Shown piece after piece: positions 48,836 to 63,594 of a stretch of 64,000 nucleotides of DNA (position 1 is its first letter; each line of letters begins with the position of its first letter). A program made the translations under genes and the position numbers. The notes under the pieces are model-generated. The model did not search any database. It had not been told where the DNA came from and worked only from the letters and a program-made list of their open reading frames with translations. Location of the stretch: the NCBI GenBank assembly GCA_951406725.2, contig OX597829.1, forward strand, positions 52,700,001 to 52,764,000. The letters run 5' to 3'. This stretch comes from Octopus vulgaris (lineage: Eukaryota).

Positions 48836-50425
48836 ATTGCATCTGTTTGTGTATTCAAGAAATAAAATCCTTTTTTGAAATCGGATAACTTTTATAATGA
48901 ACTGAAAACACCAAAAACAAAAACGAAAAAATTCTTAGGAATGAACAACCTCAAAGAACTGTTGCTTGAGCAATTGCCTAACAACGGTCCTTTGTACAGG
49001 TGGAATTGATTTTTGGTCCAGGATATAGTTGTTTGTCATATGGGAAATATATATTTCATTTATGACAAACATATATATATATATATATATATAATCTCAT
49101 CATCATTTAACGTTCGCTTTCCATGCTAGCATTAAATGATGATGATATCCTAGATATATTTCATTTATGGCAAACATTATATATATCCTAGATTTGTTGC
49201 TATTTTGGGAAATTGACAAAAAATAGTCACTCAGCAACACAAAGCATTTGGTGCAAAGAATATTCACTTATAATAATATCCAACGCCTTCAATCAAACAG
49301 CTTTTGATCTGTTAAAAAAAAAGACCCCTGTTTAGTTGCATCAAAGAAAAGGCTTACGTCACTTAGTCAATAAATTTCATAGCTCATGTAACAAGGAAAA
49401 AAAAAAAAAGCCATTTTGGAGAGTAAAAAAAATTGTAATGCAAACCAAATGTAAAAGACAGGTATTCACAAGTTAATGTTAGGGTTTTTTGGGGGGCTTT
49501 TTCTTACCTCTCCAGATATATGTGTGTGTGTGTGTGTGTGTGTGTACCAGAATAAAAATATCTCTCTTTATTAACTGTAGTCTTAACTCAGTAAAAAAAA
49601 ATTTAAATATCACTTTTCTAACCCATAATTTGACATGGAAAACAGAAAGAAAAAGAGGATAAGAAAATGGCAAATTTGAATGTTTTTCTCCCATGTCTGT
49701 TTATTTTTGTCAGCACTTCTACGTCTCCATCTAATGTTATGCCAATCACTAAACTCATTCACACATTGTCCATTTATTTCCTTCCCACACTTTGTTCTTC
49801 ATATGTTTCTTTTTCTTTTTTCTTTTTTTTCCCTATCAAACCATCATCACAAATTCCTTATCATATGTCATCACACTAATGGAATATTCTTCTGTCATTA
49901 CTCTTCCATATTCAAAACATTTTTTAAAAAATTTCTTGAAAAGAAATTGTTTCCCTAACCCTTGTTGTTACCGTATTTTTCTTGAAACACACTGCTTTTG
50001 TCCCAATTAATTTTGAAAATAAGGAAGAATTTGATGAAATAACTTTGTCATTATTAAACTGGAGTTTTAAGTATAAATTAATATGAAATTTTGATAGAAG
50101 CTTTTAATTATGATCACTTTTAAACAAGAAATTTGTACTGTAAAATCAAAGCAGTCCAGGCAGGTTGGTATCAAGAGTTAAACTGTGATAAACATGTAAG
50201 GTTTCTCAAATAAATAAATAAATAAATAAATAAATGCAAAGTGGGATTGATTTTGGAAGGGTGTTTCACTTGACTCAAGCCATTAGAATAATTGCCATTA
50301 AAAAACTTATCAAAAGCATTAAAATTGCCGCCTTTTTTACAGATAAAGAAACAAGCATAAAATGGCTGAAGAAAATATCAGTGCAAAGCATCTCAGAAAA
50401 TATATATCTTAAACATTTCCTAATG

Positions 50426-50692
50426 CAGTGGTTCTCAACTGTTTTTTTTTTTTGTGTCTGGACCCCTTTGATTCCTGTTTTAACTCGGGGTGTGGGACTC
50501 TCATAGTCATTTGATGTCTACAAATCTCCTGTTATATTTTTATAACTGAATATTGTTAGGAATTGTATAAAAAATGTTTAAATATTTTCTGCATTGTAGA
50601 AATATAACTAGTTTTGCACATAGATTTTGCATATAGATTGCACATAGATTTTGACAACAAAATCTCCTATGGAGCCTGATTGAGAACCACTA
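50426..50692. mobile_element. hAT (Charlie-like) MITE
   Basis: TIRs cagtggttctcaa / ttgagaaccacta; imperfect 8-bp TSD tcctaatg/atctaatt. Confidence 0.75.
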
Positions 50693-50789
50693 ATCTAATT
50701 AATGATTAATCCCTAATGAAGAATCTCCGTTTGGGGAACTTTTAAAGTAACAACTTTAGTAAGATTTTCTCCTTGATGTGTTTGTTTAA

Positions 50790-51007
50790 CCCTTCAGCAT
50801 TCTGATTACTCTCTCAAAAGTAACCCATATTCATTCATTCATTCACATTGATTTGGATTAATCATGCATTGTCCCGGAGCTTTGAGAGTCCAATGTTGTG
50901 ATTGCTTATTTTTTTAACAGCATTGTAAAGGAGGGGTAAGAGGCTGTAAGAACGTTAAAACAGGTAGAATATTTGGGCCAGATATGATCACTTTAAATGC
51001 TAAAGGG
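50790..51007 (+). mobile_element. piggyBac-like MITE
   Basis: TTAA-cccttcagcatt ... aatgctaaaggg-TTAA; other copies at ~35406-35625, 42270-42496 (-), 54707-54904. Confidence 0.8.
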
Positions 51008-51454
51008 TTAAACAGTATTTATGCTTACCATTTTTCAGATAATGTCTGAATAAATTTTCCCTTCTTCCCTTCTCCCCTCCAATGATTTAGCTTCATCTCT
51101 ATCTACTATTGAAAATAGATTTCAGATCTCATACTTGTATGTAATAATAGTTTTTTAACTTTTCTCTTTTTGCGCAGCTCTGAATAACCTGAAAAATATG
51201 AGCACATGATGGTCTTTCTTTGGTATATTCCTTAAGAAAGGCACCAGTGTGTGGCTTATAACTTTGCTCATTTTTTATGTTTTTTGTTTGATGATGGAAT
51301 TCAACCTTTGAAATTGATTATGCAAAAAAGAAGTACATTGTGTGTACTCATATAAATATGTAAATAAATACATGCATCTCTCTTCTCTCTTTCTCTCTCT
51401 CAAACACACACAAAATTATATATACTTATGCATTCATACAATTATTTAAACATA

Positions 51455-51945
51455 AATCAAAATCAAATCGATGACTGGCATCTGTGCTAGCGGGGTGCAA
51501 AGAGCACCATACGAGTGTGATCGTTGACAGAGCGGCTATTTGAGTATGATCGTTACCAGCGTCGCCTTACTGGCACTCATGCCTGTGCTAGTAGGGTGCC
51601 AAGAGCACCATCTGAGCGTGATCGTTGCCAGAGCAGCCAACTGGCTTCCGTACCTGTGGCACATACAAGGGCACCATTTGGGTGTGATCATTACCAACGT
51701 TGCTTCACTGGCACGTGTAAAAAGATTCGAGCAAGGTCATTACCAGTACTGCCTGACTGGCCCCTGTGCCGGTGGCACGTAAAAAGCACCCACTACACTC
51801 TCGGAGTGGTTGGCATTAGGAAGGGCATCCAGCTGTAGAAACTCTGCCAGATCAAGATTGGAGCCTGGTGCAGCCATCTGGCTCACCAGCCCTCAGTCAA
51901 AATCATCCAACTCATGCTAGCATGGAGGGCGGACGTTAAATGATA
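51455..51945 (+). mobile_element. RTE 3' UTR copy with diverged tandem units
   Basis: aatcaaaatcaaatcg start, repeated gagcaccat..gagtgtgatcgtt units, conserved tail. Confidence 0.85.
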
Positions 51946-53929
51946 TGTGTGTGTGTGTGTGTGTGTATGTATATATATGAGTGTAAGTATGTATGTATGT
52001 ATGTATGTATGTATAATCGTTTATATACTTATGCACATACATTCACTTTTTTTTTTTTTTTTCTGGTGGGATAGGAAGAAGATCCATCCTTTCAATGTAT
52101 CAAATAATGATGCACACAGCCAGCAACTAAGTGAACTAGGTTTTTTTTTTTTTTTATTATTGTGTGTGTCGAGTCATAGACCATGCTAGGCAGCATACAC
52201 TGTAAAATTCTCCGTGTCAGTCAGCATAGAAAAACTGGTGTTGATTTATCTACATGGGTACATTTGTATGTTCATTTACACACACACATGTACGTATGTA
52301 TATGTATGTATACTTGTGTGTATAATACTCATGTGGCTAGTGTGCATATGCAGTGGCCATGTGTTGCCCCACCCACCATCTTTTCATTGAAAGCCCTTGT
52401 CTTAATTTAAATCTTTGAAAGATTTAATCTTTCTCATTACTCTTGTAGTACTTCTAGTAGAGTATTATAGTGTGTGTGTGTTGTTATATTTTACTAGAAA
52501 TATATTTTTTGGGGAACTCAGTTGTACTTTGGAATAAGGGAATGTTTACGTATGTCTTTGATTTTGTTTGCTGAAGTCGGTTTTTTTTTTTCTAATCTGA
52601 TTAGAGATCAGAGTATTGTGCCTAATAAGCAAATAAACACAGAACTATGCTAATATGGCAGAACAAGCCTTCTCAATACATTCTGAAGAGACAACAAATA
52701 ACTGAGATGCCTTTGAAAGAAAATCCATTTACAGCCTTGTCGTACAGTTTAGACATTCTAAGTGTTAGAAGCAAGATGTGGAATTGCTTCAGTATCAAAG
52801 CAACTTCTATGTTAGAAATTCAAAGCAGTTATTTAGATGTACGATTAGATTCGATGGACTATCTGATGTGTAGAATGAAGAGCGAGTAACAAAAATGTCC
52901 AAGTTCTAACAAGGCATTCTTACAACGGAAGGAAGATAAGAAGAATAGAGATGATGCTGATATGAATTATTCTTTTATTTGAAGTGGCGTAGTTTTGTAA
53001 TTGGTTAGAATTCATTAGTATTCAAAGCAGTGGGTGGTGTTGAAGAGAGAAAAGAAATGTGCATTAAATTCTGCATAATTCTCGGGAAGCAAGAATGCTG
53101 ATGTAATTTTCTTGAAGTTTGAAGTACTTTATTAGGAGTTTCTAAGGAATTGCTCTGGAGTGTTTGAGGAAATGGAGCCTTTTTTGTAGCCTTGGTAGGA
53201 GGAAGAGGAAGCCTAGACCATTGACATAGTAATTGGTTTAACCATAGGTCAACCTATGATGGTGTTCCAGTCATGACCATCCCAAGTGTTGTGATCCTAG
53301 GATGTGTGAATATCCTTCCCGTATTTTTTTTTTTTAAATAGGGTAGATGTACTTTGGAGGAGAGTTGGTCCTTATTTCTAGCAGATTGAGTGCCTGTGGC
53401 TGTTGGTGAAAAGGAAAAAAAAACATTTGTTAATGAAACTTATATCCTTATTCTGTTTGTCTAAGCCACTTAAAGAGATAAAGGATTATGTCATAGCGTA
53501 TGTTACTCATAATGTGGATATCCTATCCAAAGTCACAAAACTACAGAAAGATGCACAGAAGTGTATCTGTAGCAAACGGAATGCATCCAGTAGCTGTGGT
53601 GGAATCGTTTAGTTTGGATTTCTGTGTCCTTGCACATATTCATTAGCAAGCATCCACCATCAACTGAATACTTAGACACATCGATAGCCTCTACTGCTAT
53701 AGAATAGCAAATGTTGCAAATAGGTGGTGGGCTGGGTATGCACACACACACACACACACACACTCTCTATCTCTATCTATCTCTCTATCTCACTCATGTA
53801 TGCACACATACATATATACTGTTAAAAATAAAGCATTTTTGTTTCACAAAGGAATTAAACAAATTTTGCAGTATTTGGGAATCTGAAGGTACTCGTGATA
53901 CTTAGTTAAACTCTCTGCCAGTTCTGTTC

Positions 53930-55420
53930 CAACTTCCTCTGGCAAACTACCATCACCCATTTGAAGTAACTAAAATTACCCTCTTAAACACGTCTCTTCA
54001 CATTCCATACAAAACCAAAGAATACAGCCAAAACGTCTGTAAGGGGTTGACTTACAACTGTGCAGAAGCAGTAGAAGGAAAGAACAACTCTGCTGGTAAT
54101 TTCTAGAGGTCTCCTACCATTAGTAGTTCAAAGGCTTTCCTATGGCTGCAGCACCTGTAAGAATACCATCATAAAAACAAAAGATATCTTGTGCATCGCA
54201 TATCCTACAAGCTTCCCTGTCTCCCAGATAGCAGCAATGCTTTTTGGTTCCTTGCCAAGAGGATCTCTCTTAACTTTGCATGATCTTCCTACCTGCCACT
54301 CCTCAACCAAGACCAGATCGGTTGGCAACATCTCCGCTTAAAATGAAATAATATTAAAGCATCTACATTCGCTTCCTGCTTTGCCTGCAACTCATCGCTG
54401 AACAACTCTCAACAGAGCTACTTCCAAAACTCTCTTTCACCACACCTCAGTCTCACTATGACTTGGTGTGTGAAAATTCCTTTCATCACTCCAACCCAAT
54501 GAAGTGACTTAACCTCAAGTGTCTTTCCCATTATGCACCCCCCCCTCATCTCTCTCCTTTCTCTCCAAATCTGTAGATGCATGCAATCCATCTACAATCT
54601 ATGAAAAGAACGGATCCTTTAACCCTGCCAAATACTGACCACAAGTAATAGTAACAGTTGTAAACAGTCACCTCCTGCATCTCTCAGAATCCCTCTCAGG
54701 CTTTTTTAACCCTTTATCATTCAGACCTCTCAGTTAAATGCAATGCTTATCTATTCACATTGTTTTGAATTAATCATCTGTTATCTCAGTTTTGATATTT
54801 CTGACAGTGTAGGGAGGATATGAGACGTAGCATCTGGTCAGTTTGAGCATAAAGCATGTTGAATATTCGATCCATATGTAGCTGGTTGAAATAATACAGA
54901 GTTAAGCACCAGTATATGGTCTCCAAGTGAGATCCTCTTGGGGGATGTTACCGTATTGCAGTCACCAATACTCCCCTCCCATTCATCAATGTCTCCCACA
55001 TTCATCCTTCCAAAACATTAATTGGTATACTTGCTCACACACACCTCTGTGCATATGATATTTACTCCTTAATTTTTTACCCACTTAGTTATCTTCCAAA
55101 TGCAATGTAAGGCCTCACACCAGGTACAGTAACTTCATGAATAGAAGTCTTGGAAGTATTTTTCAGTGGGGTCAAAACGAATTGGTCATTGGCATACATG
55201 GTCAAGATGGACCTAAGCCAAACAACTACCAGCTGTATTTCTTACTACAACAGCCTCTGTCTTTCTGAATTAGCTATTTACATGCCCTTTCTATCCACAC
55301 CCCAGTATCTATAATTCCTTCTAGAATTCTCTTCTGGCCTTCATTTTTGCTGTAGAAACTTACCTATATAGAAAGGGAGATTGCATATTCCAGGGTATAC
55401 TGCCACTGCGCAATTAACTC
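53930..55420 (+). mobile_element. Highly degenerate CR1/Jockey-type LINE RT remnant
   Basis: Eroded motifs resembling KKGDP.NPANYRP, INSHLL, FIND, YADD, WG..NLV in order; interrupted by the MITE at 54707-54904. Confidence 0.4.
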
Positions 55421-57767
55421 TACTACAGCTTATATATAAGGTTTTAAAATATTACCTAAAAATTTATAAATAGACCAAGTTGAATATTTGTTTAGAGTAA
55501 AAGGTTTTTCAAAGATAATTGTAGTTTTTTTGTTTTTTTTGAAAATTACATTATGTTGTGAAATGCTTGTCAGATTGTCATCTTGAGTGCTATGTTTAAT
55601 GAATACACACCATTAAAAGAAACAATGCTGTGGTTTTTGTCTTGGAGAAAAATCTCTTCATGAACATATATTACAAGTGTGATGGAGACATCTTGCAAGT
55701 TTTTTTTTTTTTTTTTTTTGTCAATCTTTTCGTCAATGGCACTAATTATCTTTTGGCTATCGACTGCTACAAAACTGACATTTACTTATCAGGAAACAAA
55801 TGTTTGTTTGGTCACTAGTATTTCTCCATAAAGCAATCAGATGTGACAATATTGTTGTCTAGTTAGTTAGTGAGTGAGTGAATGACCTCTTTGTTTAGGT
55901 TTGGTGATATTAGTAGCCTTTTAGTTTCATTTATTTTGATATCTATTCCTCAATATTTTTATTGCCTGCATATGTAGTATATACATACATACATACACAA
56001 ACATTTTCATTTGTGGATTAACAATGCTGCCAATGGATTCATGCTGATTGTCACCTGCATCCAAAATGGAGATGATTGCCAGCATTTTTAAGTGGATTGC
56101 TTGAAGATTGTGGAAATATTTTCCAAATGAAACCATTGACAGTATAGTTAATCCACAAAAAAACAAAAAAAAAAAGGAATATTTATTCATCAAATGCAGT
56201 GTTGAGTACCCATCTTCATTGTTCGATATTATCAGGGGTGTATAACATCCATCCTCATCTACAATAATTAAACATCTTGGCTGATATTTACATCTTCATA
56301 TGTTTCAATCAGTTTCATCTCTATTCATCACACATGTCTACATCTTGGTTATTTTTTAAATTATTTTTATTGCTACAATAGTCATTGGACTGTGGCCATG
56401 CTAGAGCACCAGCTTCAAGAATTTTAGTTGATGACTTTTGACTTGTTTTGTTTTGTTGATGGTTAAGTTGATTTTCACTAAATAAACACCAGATTTATGG
56501 TCAGGTACTTTATTTTGCTCTGTTTGTTGAATGGCTAAGCTACCTTTTAACACATTGATATACAAAACTATATAAGCACATTTTCATATATATATAATTA
56601 TCGTCTAATATCCATTTTCCATGCTGGTATGGGTTGGACAGTTTGACTGGAGATGGTAAACTGGAGAGCTGCACTGGGTTCCAGTCTGTTTTGGATGTAA
56701 GAACAGCAGCACCACATTTAAGTGGATCAGCTGTATAGAGAATAACTTGACTGTGGCCATGCAGGAACGCTACCTTCAAGGGTTTTAGTCAAATCAATCC
56801 CAGGACTTATATTTTTTCTTAAGCCTAGTACTTATTCTATCGGTCTCTTTTGCCAAACTGCTAAGTTATGGAAATGTAAACACAAACACAAAGGCACACA
56901 CACATATAATGAAGGGCTTCTTTCATATTCCATCTACCAAATCCACTCACAAGGCTTTGGTCGGCCTGAAGCTATAGTAGATGACACTTGCCCAAGGTGC
57001 CACGCAGTGTGAATGGTGTATAGGCATATGAATATTGTTAATAAAAATACAATTCCAATCTAAAAACTCGGCTCCTACGTTGAGTTTTAGTGACAGATAT
57101 ACTAGTAATTTAATTTTATATATTCACTTACAGCACTGTAGAGACGACTACCACTAACTACCTTCAAGTGACATGTAAATTGCCCATTTCCACAAAACTA
57201 AGGACATGCCATTACCAACAGCCTACTTGCCCTTGCAGCCATACAATCCAATCTCATATTTTGGAGACTAAAGAAACATTAACAATACATAGGGGTGTTC
57301 TTTTGGTATTTTTTAATTCCTAAACTCTTTCCATCTATCCATTTTGTAACCTGAATGAACACAAAGGAAGAAACTTTGGAATGCATATTTTGAATAGCTG
57401 CACTATAACTATCCCATCTCTCTATCCCACTCTGCCCTACTCCACACTTGTAACAGCTTTTACAGTTTCCATCCACTGAATTTCATTCAGAAAATGGCTT
57501 TTGTTGGTCTTTTGCTATGATAGAAGACAACTGCTCTAAGAACCACTTGGCCATGACAGCCTCCAAGAATTTTACTGACTCTGTTTGTCTCTCTCTTTCT
57601 CTCTCTCTATCTCATCTGAGCATGGTCGAAGCAAGATATCTTCTAAGAAAAGTTGTGAGGTTTATTCTTGAACATACATGCACTTATATAATATTATTGT
57701 TCTTTCTTATGAAATATATAGAACTGCTAAAAAGAAGTGCTCAGGTTGAACCCGAGACAACAGATAA

Positions 57768-58646
57768 GAATTAAGATATAAACTCAAATTAGGCAATCAT
57801 ACTCATACATTTATAAATTCAACTTAAAATGTGTATACAAATATTAATGCATATTGACACATATGAATATTTAAAAAAAAATATTCATAAAATATAAATA
57901 TATATATATATATATATACATAAAAATACATGTAAATAAAACTCATGTGGGATATGTATGGAAGGAAGTGTGAGAAAAAGAGGAATGAAAGAAATTTTTT
58001 TTGTACAGAAATTAAGAGCAGTTAAGAGTTTTAACCAAGAGATCCATAGAGTTTGGTATGGTTATTTAAAAAATATAAATGGTATATAAATGGTATATAA
58101 TACAGTTCAAGGAGGTTCACTTTCAACGGTCATTTCTAAAGCTCATGTCCTGATAGAAAAATTAATAAATTTTACAAACCATTTGGACAATGTCCCCTTC
58201 ATCAAGAAAGGTATCCTCATAAAATTACGTTCTTGAAACGAATAAAAGAATTTATTAAATTTTCTATCGGGACATGATCTTTAGAAACAGCTGTTGAAAG
58301 TGAATCTCCTTCAACTCTATTATATATCTTTTATATATACCATTTAGATTTTTAAAAAAAACACACTGAACTCTATGGATCTTTTAATCAAAACTCTTAA
58401 CCGCTCTTAATTTCTGTACAAAAAAATGTTTTCCTTCATTCCTCTTTTTCTCACACTTCTTTCCATACATATCCCACATAGGTTTTATTTACATACATTT
58501 TTATGTATGTTTATATATATATTTATAGTTTATGAATATATTTTTAAAAATATTCATATGTGTCAATATGTATTAATATATGTAAACGCATTTTAAGTTG
58601 AATTTATAAATCTATGATTGCCTAATTTGAGTTTATATCTTAATTC
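57768..58646. repeat. Long foldback inverted repeat (~400-bp arms, 77-nt loop)
   Basis: 57768-58171 is the imperfect reverse complement of 58249-58646, e.g. gaattaagatataaactcaaattaggcaatcata / tatgattgcctaatttgagtttatatcttaattc. Confidence 0.95.
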
Positions 58647-59084
58647 CTTTATATATAATTCCTTTATATATATAAATATATATACACACACATACACTTG
58701 CACACATAAACATGCATTCATAGTTTTTTTTTTAATAAATCATGTTTTAAGCTTAATGGGAACAGTGTGGTGACATTTTTCCGTTATTTTTTGTTCATAT
58801 TTGTGATTTTTAAAAAAAATACTTATATATATATTTTTTGTTTTAGTTACTTTTGAATTTTCTTTTTTAATTTATTTTTTGTTATCTTTAATATTTTTTT
58901 TTTTATTTAATTTAATTTTACTAATCTTTTGAAATCTGTTTATTTTTCTGTCTAACATTTATTATAATTTTAAAGCTTTTCTGTTATGTAAACAATTATT
59001 TTCTGTTTTATTTTATTAATGTGATAAGCTTATAGGGTCTGCTTACAGCTGATTGTCACATTCTGTTCCCTGCTTATGTTGTAG

Positions 59085-59273
59085 GACATCAATAAGAGCT
59101 CTTTAACAACTTATTCCTACCAATCTGCTTTTGCTCCTGCATCTAAGCGAAAACCATACACATCAAATCTCCAGTCTTCTTTTTCCACTCTGCAGTCATC
59201 TTGTAGGAATTCTTCTTTGCTAAAGAAGGATGATGTTCTTGCGAAAAAGAGAGAATTGTTCAACAGCAGGCAG
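59085..59273 (+). CDS. CEP170: CEP170-like coding exon (symmetric phase 0-0, 63 codons)
   Basis: gttgtag acceptor, CAG/gtttgt donor, stop-free DINKSSLTTYSYQSAFAPASKRKPY...KRELFNSRQ in the expected phase. Confidence 0.65.
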
Positions 59274-61139
59274 GTTTGTTGTCTTACTGAATGTTATATT
59301 AAGCAATTGGTTAAATATTCTAGCCATTTAAATTAATCATATTTTCTTAGTGCCGGAAGTGAGTTAGCCTCTTGTTATGATCTTTTGCGATTATAAGATA
59401 AAGCAATTTGAAGAAGTTAAGTGCCGGCCAGCATGAAGAAAGACAAAAACTAGATTAGGGTTATGAATATTTTTACAAACATGTCTCAACAGGAATATTG
59501 CAATGTTGAAGACAAGTTTTGTATAAGATGATTAACCAACATCGGCCCCCATCCCTGAAAAAAAAGGAGCTAAAACTCATCAGTTTAATCCTTATATTCT
59601 TGTGGCAAAAATAGTAATAATTAGATATTTAATTATGTAATTCAATATAGTGTTTAAACAATAGCTAGTAATTTCAGTATACTAGTAGTTACATATTTTG
59701 TGATACATAGATGAGATATGTATATTATTTACATTAATAATATAGAAAGAATACCAAGATATTCATAAAGAATTCCTAGTCTTCAATGTTAATCTGATTT
59801 GATTGTTTAATCTTTACTGTTGCATGGTTGCAAATACATTCAGTCTGTCATTTGAATATATTAGAATCAAATAGCTATTGTAGTCTACATGGACCGCAGA
59901 GTGGATTACCAGCCAAGAAACTTTTGTTCTAATCGAAAAGAGATTAAAAGAAATTAGAACCCTCATTGGCTGTTTTCATCAAATGTTCATCTTCCTCCTC
60001 CTCATCCTCCTCCTGACATAACAACTTTCCATCTGTTTACGCGCACTTAAAATTGAATTTCTCCTAGAATGAGTACCAATTCCTCATATGTTTTACATTG
60101 GTCTTAAAACAAAGCCATTACTGCACAAATGTTATCGGAAAAAATTTTGTTTTTTTTGGTGGGGCGTATTTTTTTCTCTTTCCCCACTTTTCATCATAAT
60201 AATTCATTGCAACTATATCTTCTTAATTCCATTACAAATCTTTATCAAATTATATACAATGTCTGTGTTTTTCTTTTGGCAGAGTTTCACACTCCCCATA
60301 TCAGCATGTGTATTTTCCATTTCTTAACTCTTCATAACATTATGGAACCTTGAACGTATTGGGAGGGAGAGTATCATGCATATCTCTGTTGCATCTTATG
60401 TTGTGTGTGTATATATGTGTGTGTCTTGGTTGCATGTACTTTTACATTCTTTTTATTTACTTTTTTTTTTTAAATATGACAATTTAACTTGGTTTTGAAT
60501 AATATTTTAGCATTGTTTGTGCTGAACTATTAACTACACAGGTGTTAGATTAACAGCTACAATTCTCTCTTACATTAACAATCTTATTTACATTTCTGTC
60601 TCCCTATACTTATAGGTCAGAAAGGCCTATAAAATCTACTCTTCCATTTGTATATACATTAAGTCAATATTGCCTTTCACCTGTCTGGGTTGTGGTGTGA
60701 ATGAAAAAAAAATAGCAATCAGAAATCTGTATAATAAGATATTGATTATGGCCTTTCATCACAGTCCAAAGTCAGAATTATAGAATGTATCTTACTCTTC
60801 TACTGGTCTCAGACAATGGACTATGATCATGCTGGGGCACCACTTTTCAAATATTTTAGTTGATCATAATGATCATGGTACTTACTTCAGTCTGATACTT
60901 TCTGATTTCTATTTGTCAAACCAGCCAAGTTACAAGACAAAGCACACAGCATAAATAATGTACAGGAACCATAAGAATATGAAATATATAAAAACAAAAG
61001 CATATTCTGATGTTGTTGTTGGTGTTAAAGATAGGGGAACACAAATGCTTACTAACACAATGCTTCCTAATGTCTTTGAGTCACTTTCAATAATGTACAT
61101 ATTGCTTATCAATAATTTTCACTAAAATCACTGAATCAT

Positions 61140-62790
61140 TGATGGATGATAACATTCCTGTGTTTGTTGTCAGGTCATCTCTGTACTCTGTATTAGCTAA
61201 TGTGAAGGTCACACACTATAAAGTAACCAACAATAACTTTATAACCAGAATAATTAATGATATTGATTCAATTTCTAATAACTTTATGAAAAATTATTCA
61301 AAATGAATAAAAGTTTCTCTCAGTATTTTGTAAGGTATCATCTTGTAAGGCTCATATTGGGACTTTCCCTTGATTAATCATAAATTTGATTTAATTACCA
61401 CTGAGAGATGGATCCACATTTATCCACTGTTTGATCAATGCATCTTTCAGCTCCCTAATTAATGCAATTTTTTTATCTTTCTCACAATCTTTTGTCAAGG
61501 TATTTCTATATGTGTACTTTTAGATTAAGATCAGGTTTTTGAAGAAATCGTTCCAGAGGTTTGATTCTGTGAGCATCCAAGTTTGTGATAGCTTATTCGT
61601 ATGACATGGAGTTCCTAATTCTAATGAACAAATGGAATAGATGGGTAATAAACCCTTTCAAGTATTTGACAGTATTTTAGGTCATTTAAATAATTTTCAA
61701 CTGAAGAAAAATTTGCTTTGATCTCTGTATTCCTCAGCTGCCCCCTCTCCTCCCATACAATAATTCCAATGCTCCAATGTTTAACCGTTCCTTGCAAACA
61801 ATCAGATGCCATGTTTCACTTTAGTTGCCCAATACATGTTTCTCATTGGTAGGAAGAATTGCAGATTTGTTTTGTCAGGCCTAAATTTCTCTACATTGTT
61901 GCAGAACTATTTCACCTATTTGATCATTTGGTCTCATCTTTCTTGCATCTCTTCATGCATCTCTTCATGCATATATCCAAGCCAATACTGTTCTGATGCC
62001 ATATGGTGACATGTCTATAGAATTTACAACCTCTTTGCACTGTCAGAAACTTATCTGTAGCTTTCTTGAGTTCTTTTACACTCATCAACATCCTTCTTTA
62101 ATCCACCTTTTGACTGTTATTCCCCTATTTTATGATTAATATGAAAAAAGCAAAAAAACATTTTTTTTTTATTGGATTCTACTACATTGATACCAGATGA
62201 CTTGCCTTCATGTAAAGCCAAATATTTGACTGATGTACAGGTACAAAACTACTGGTGGATCATATTTATTTACATAACATTTACATGATAATATATGGAA
62301 AACTTAGCAGCTAACAACTGCTACAAATGCTCAGAAACTGTTGTGATTGAAGCCTGTTCATTCCGTCATCTTGTCTTATAAATGTGTGTGTACATGTAAT
62401 CTCACTGTATCAACAGGGCTATTGAATGTTATATATCGCTGGTCACAATGCACTTCCAATTCTTTCTTGATTGCACCATTGTTTTCCCATCTTGACCTGA
62501 ATCGTTTAACTAAATTGTCTTCCCATCATTGTTGAAACCTTTCAAGTGGCCGTTTCCAATCTTTTGTCAACTTTTGTCTGTGAACCTTGCAAAATGTCCA
62601 GTCCATCCAAACTTGTGTTTTTGGTATTCTGTGGTCATGTCATTCACTCTACACCATTCTGGAATTATCGCCTGTATTATAAATAACTCGGTGAATGTTT
62701 GGCAAGAACTTTGCCCAGAAATAAAGAGTGAATATTGGAATGTTGTGTTTGAGCCAATGTTATTCTTTTCATATAAACACACATAATACA
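61140..62790 (-). mobile_element. Degenerate L1/Tx1-like LINE remnant
   Basis: Minus-strand fragments SVKYLAL (KYLG-like) and IVCKERLNIGALEL (VCKPKEEGGLG-like). Confidence 0.35.
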
Positions 62791-63594
62791 CAAGCATATT
62801 GTATGCACACAAAGGGAGTGAGAGAGAGAGGGCATGGAAGTATTACTATGAAAGGCTGCAGGATGTGGAAACTTTAGCAAAAAGAGTGTCCACTTCAAAT
62901 ATACATCTAAGATGGCCATGCTAACCATTACACCATGAATTGAGGGTTTGGTGCACGAGCCAGATGTAGCTGTAGGTACAAGTATGATATAGATGCAGGA
63001 CAGCTGTATTGTTAAGAAGTTTGATTCCCAACCATTTTGAACTCAGTTTCAATCCCACTGTGTGGCACCTTGGGCAAGTGTCTTCTACTAAAGACCCAGG
63101 CCAACCAACCACCTTGTGAGTCAGTTTGATAGGCAGAAACTGAAAGAAGCCCTTCATGCGTGTGCGTATGTGTGTGTGTGTGTGTGTGTGTGCTGTTATC
63201 TTGACATAACATGGTGGTTGCAGATGAGTAGCATTGTCATACTGGTGATGGTGTTTGTTTCCAGTCTCCTATGGGAGAAATATTACTTTGCTTGGAAACA
63301 GGTGAGGGTTGACCTCAGGAAGGGCATCTGGACATAAAGAACCTGCTTCAGTGAATTCCATTTGATTTGTGCAGGCATAGAAAAGTGGACAGTAGATGAT
63401 GATTATAGGAGAAAGGCTTTATTATTATTATTTTTTTATATATATATACATGTTTGTATGTGTGCTTAATTAGGGGCTACAGTGTTTCTAAATACATTAA
63501 GATAACTAGGTGACCATGAAAAGTGGGCATAAAAATGTTGATGACAAAACAAAAGGTGTGTGGGAGAGAGAAAATATGGAGGGAGAGAAAATAC

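Noticed and set aside
51150-51210. Acceptor-like site tgcgcag (also 57133 and 60615)
   Set aside because: Immediate stops in the required phase, or no convincing donor or homology
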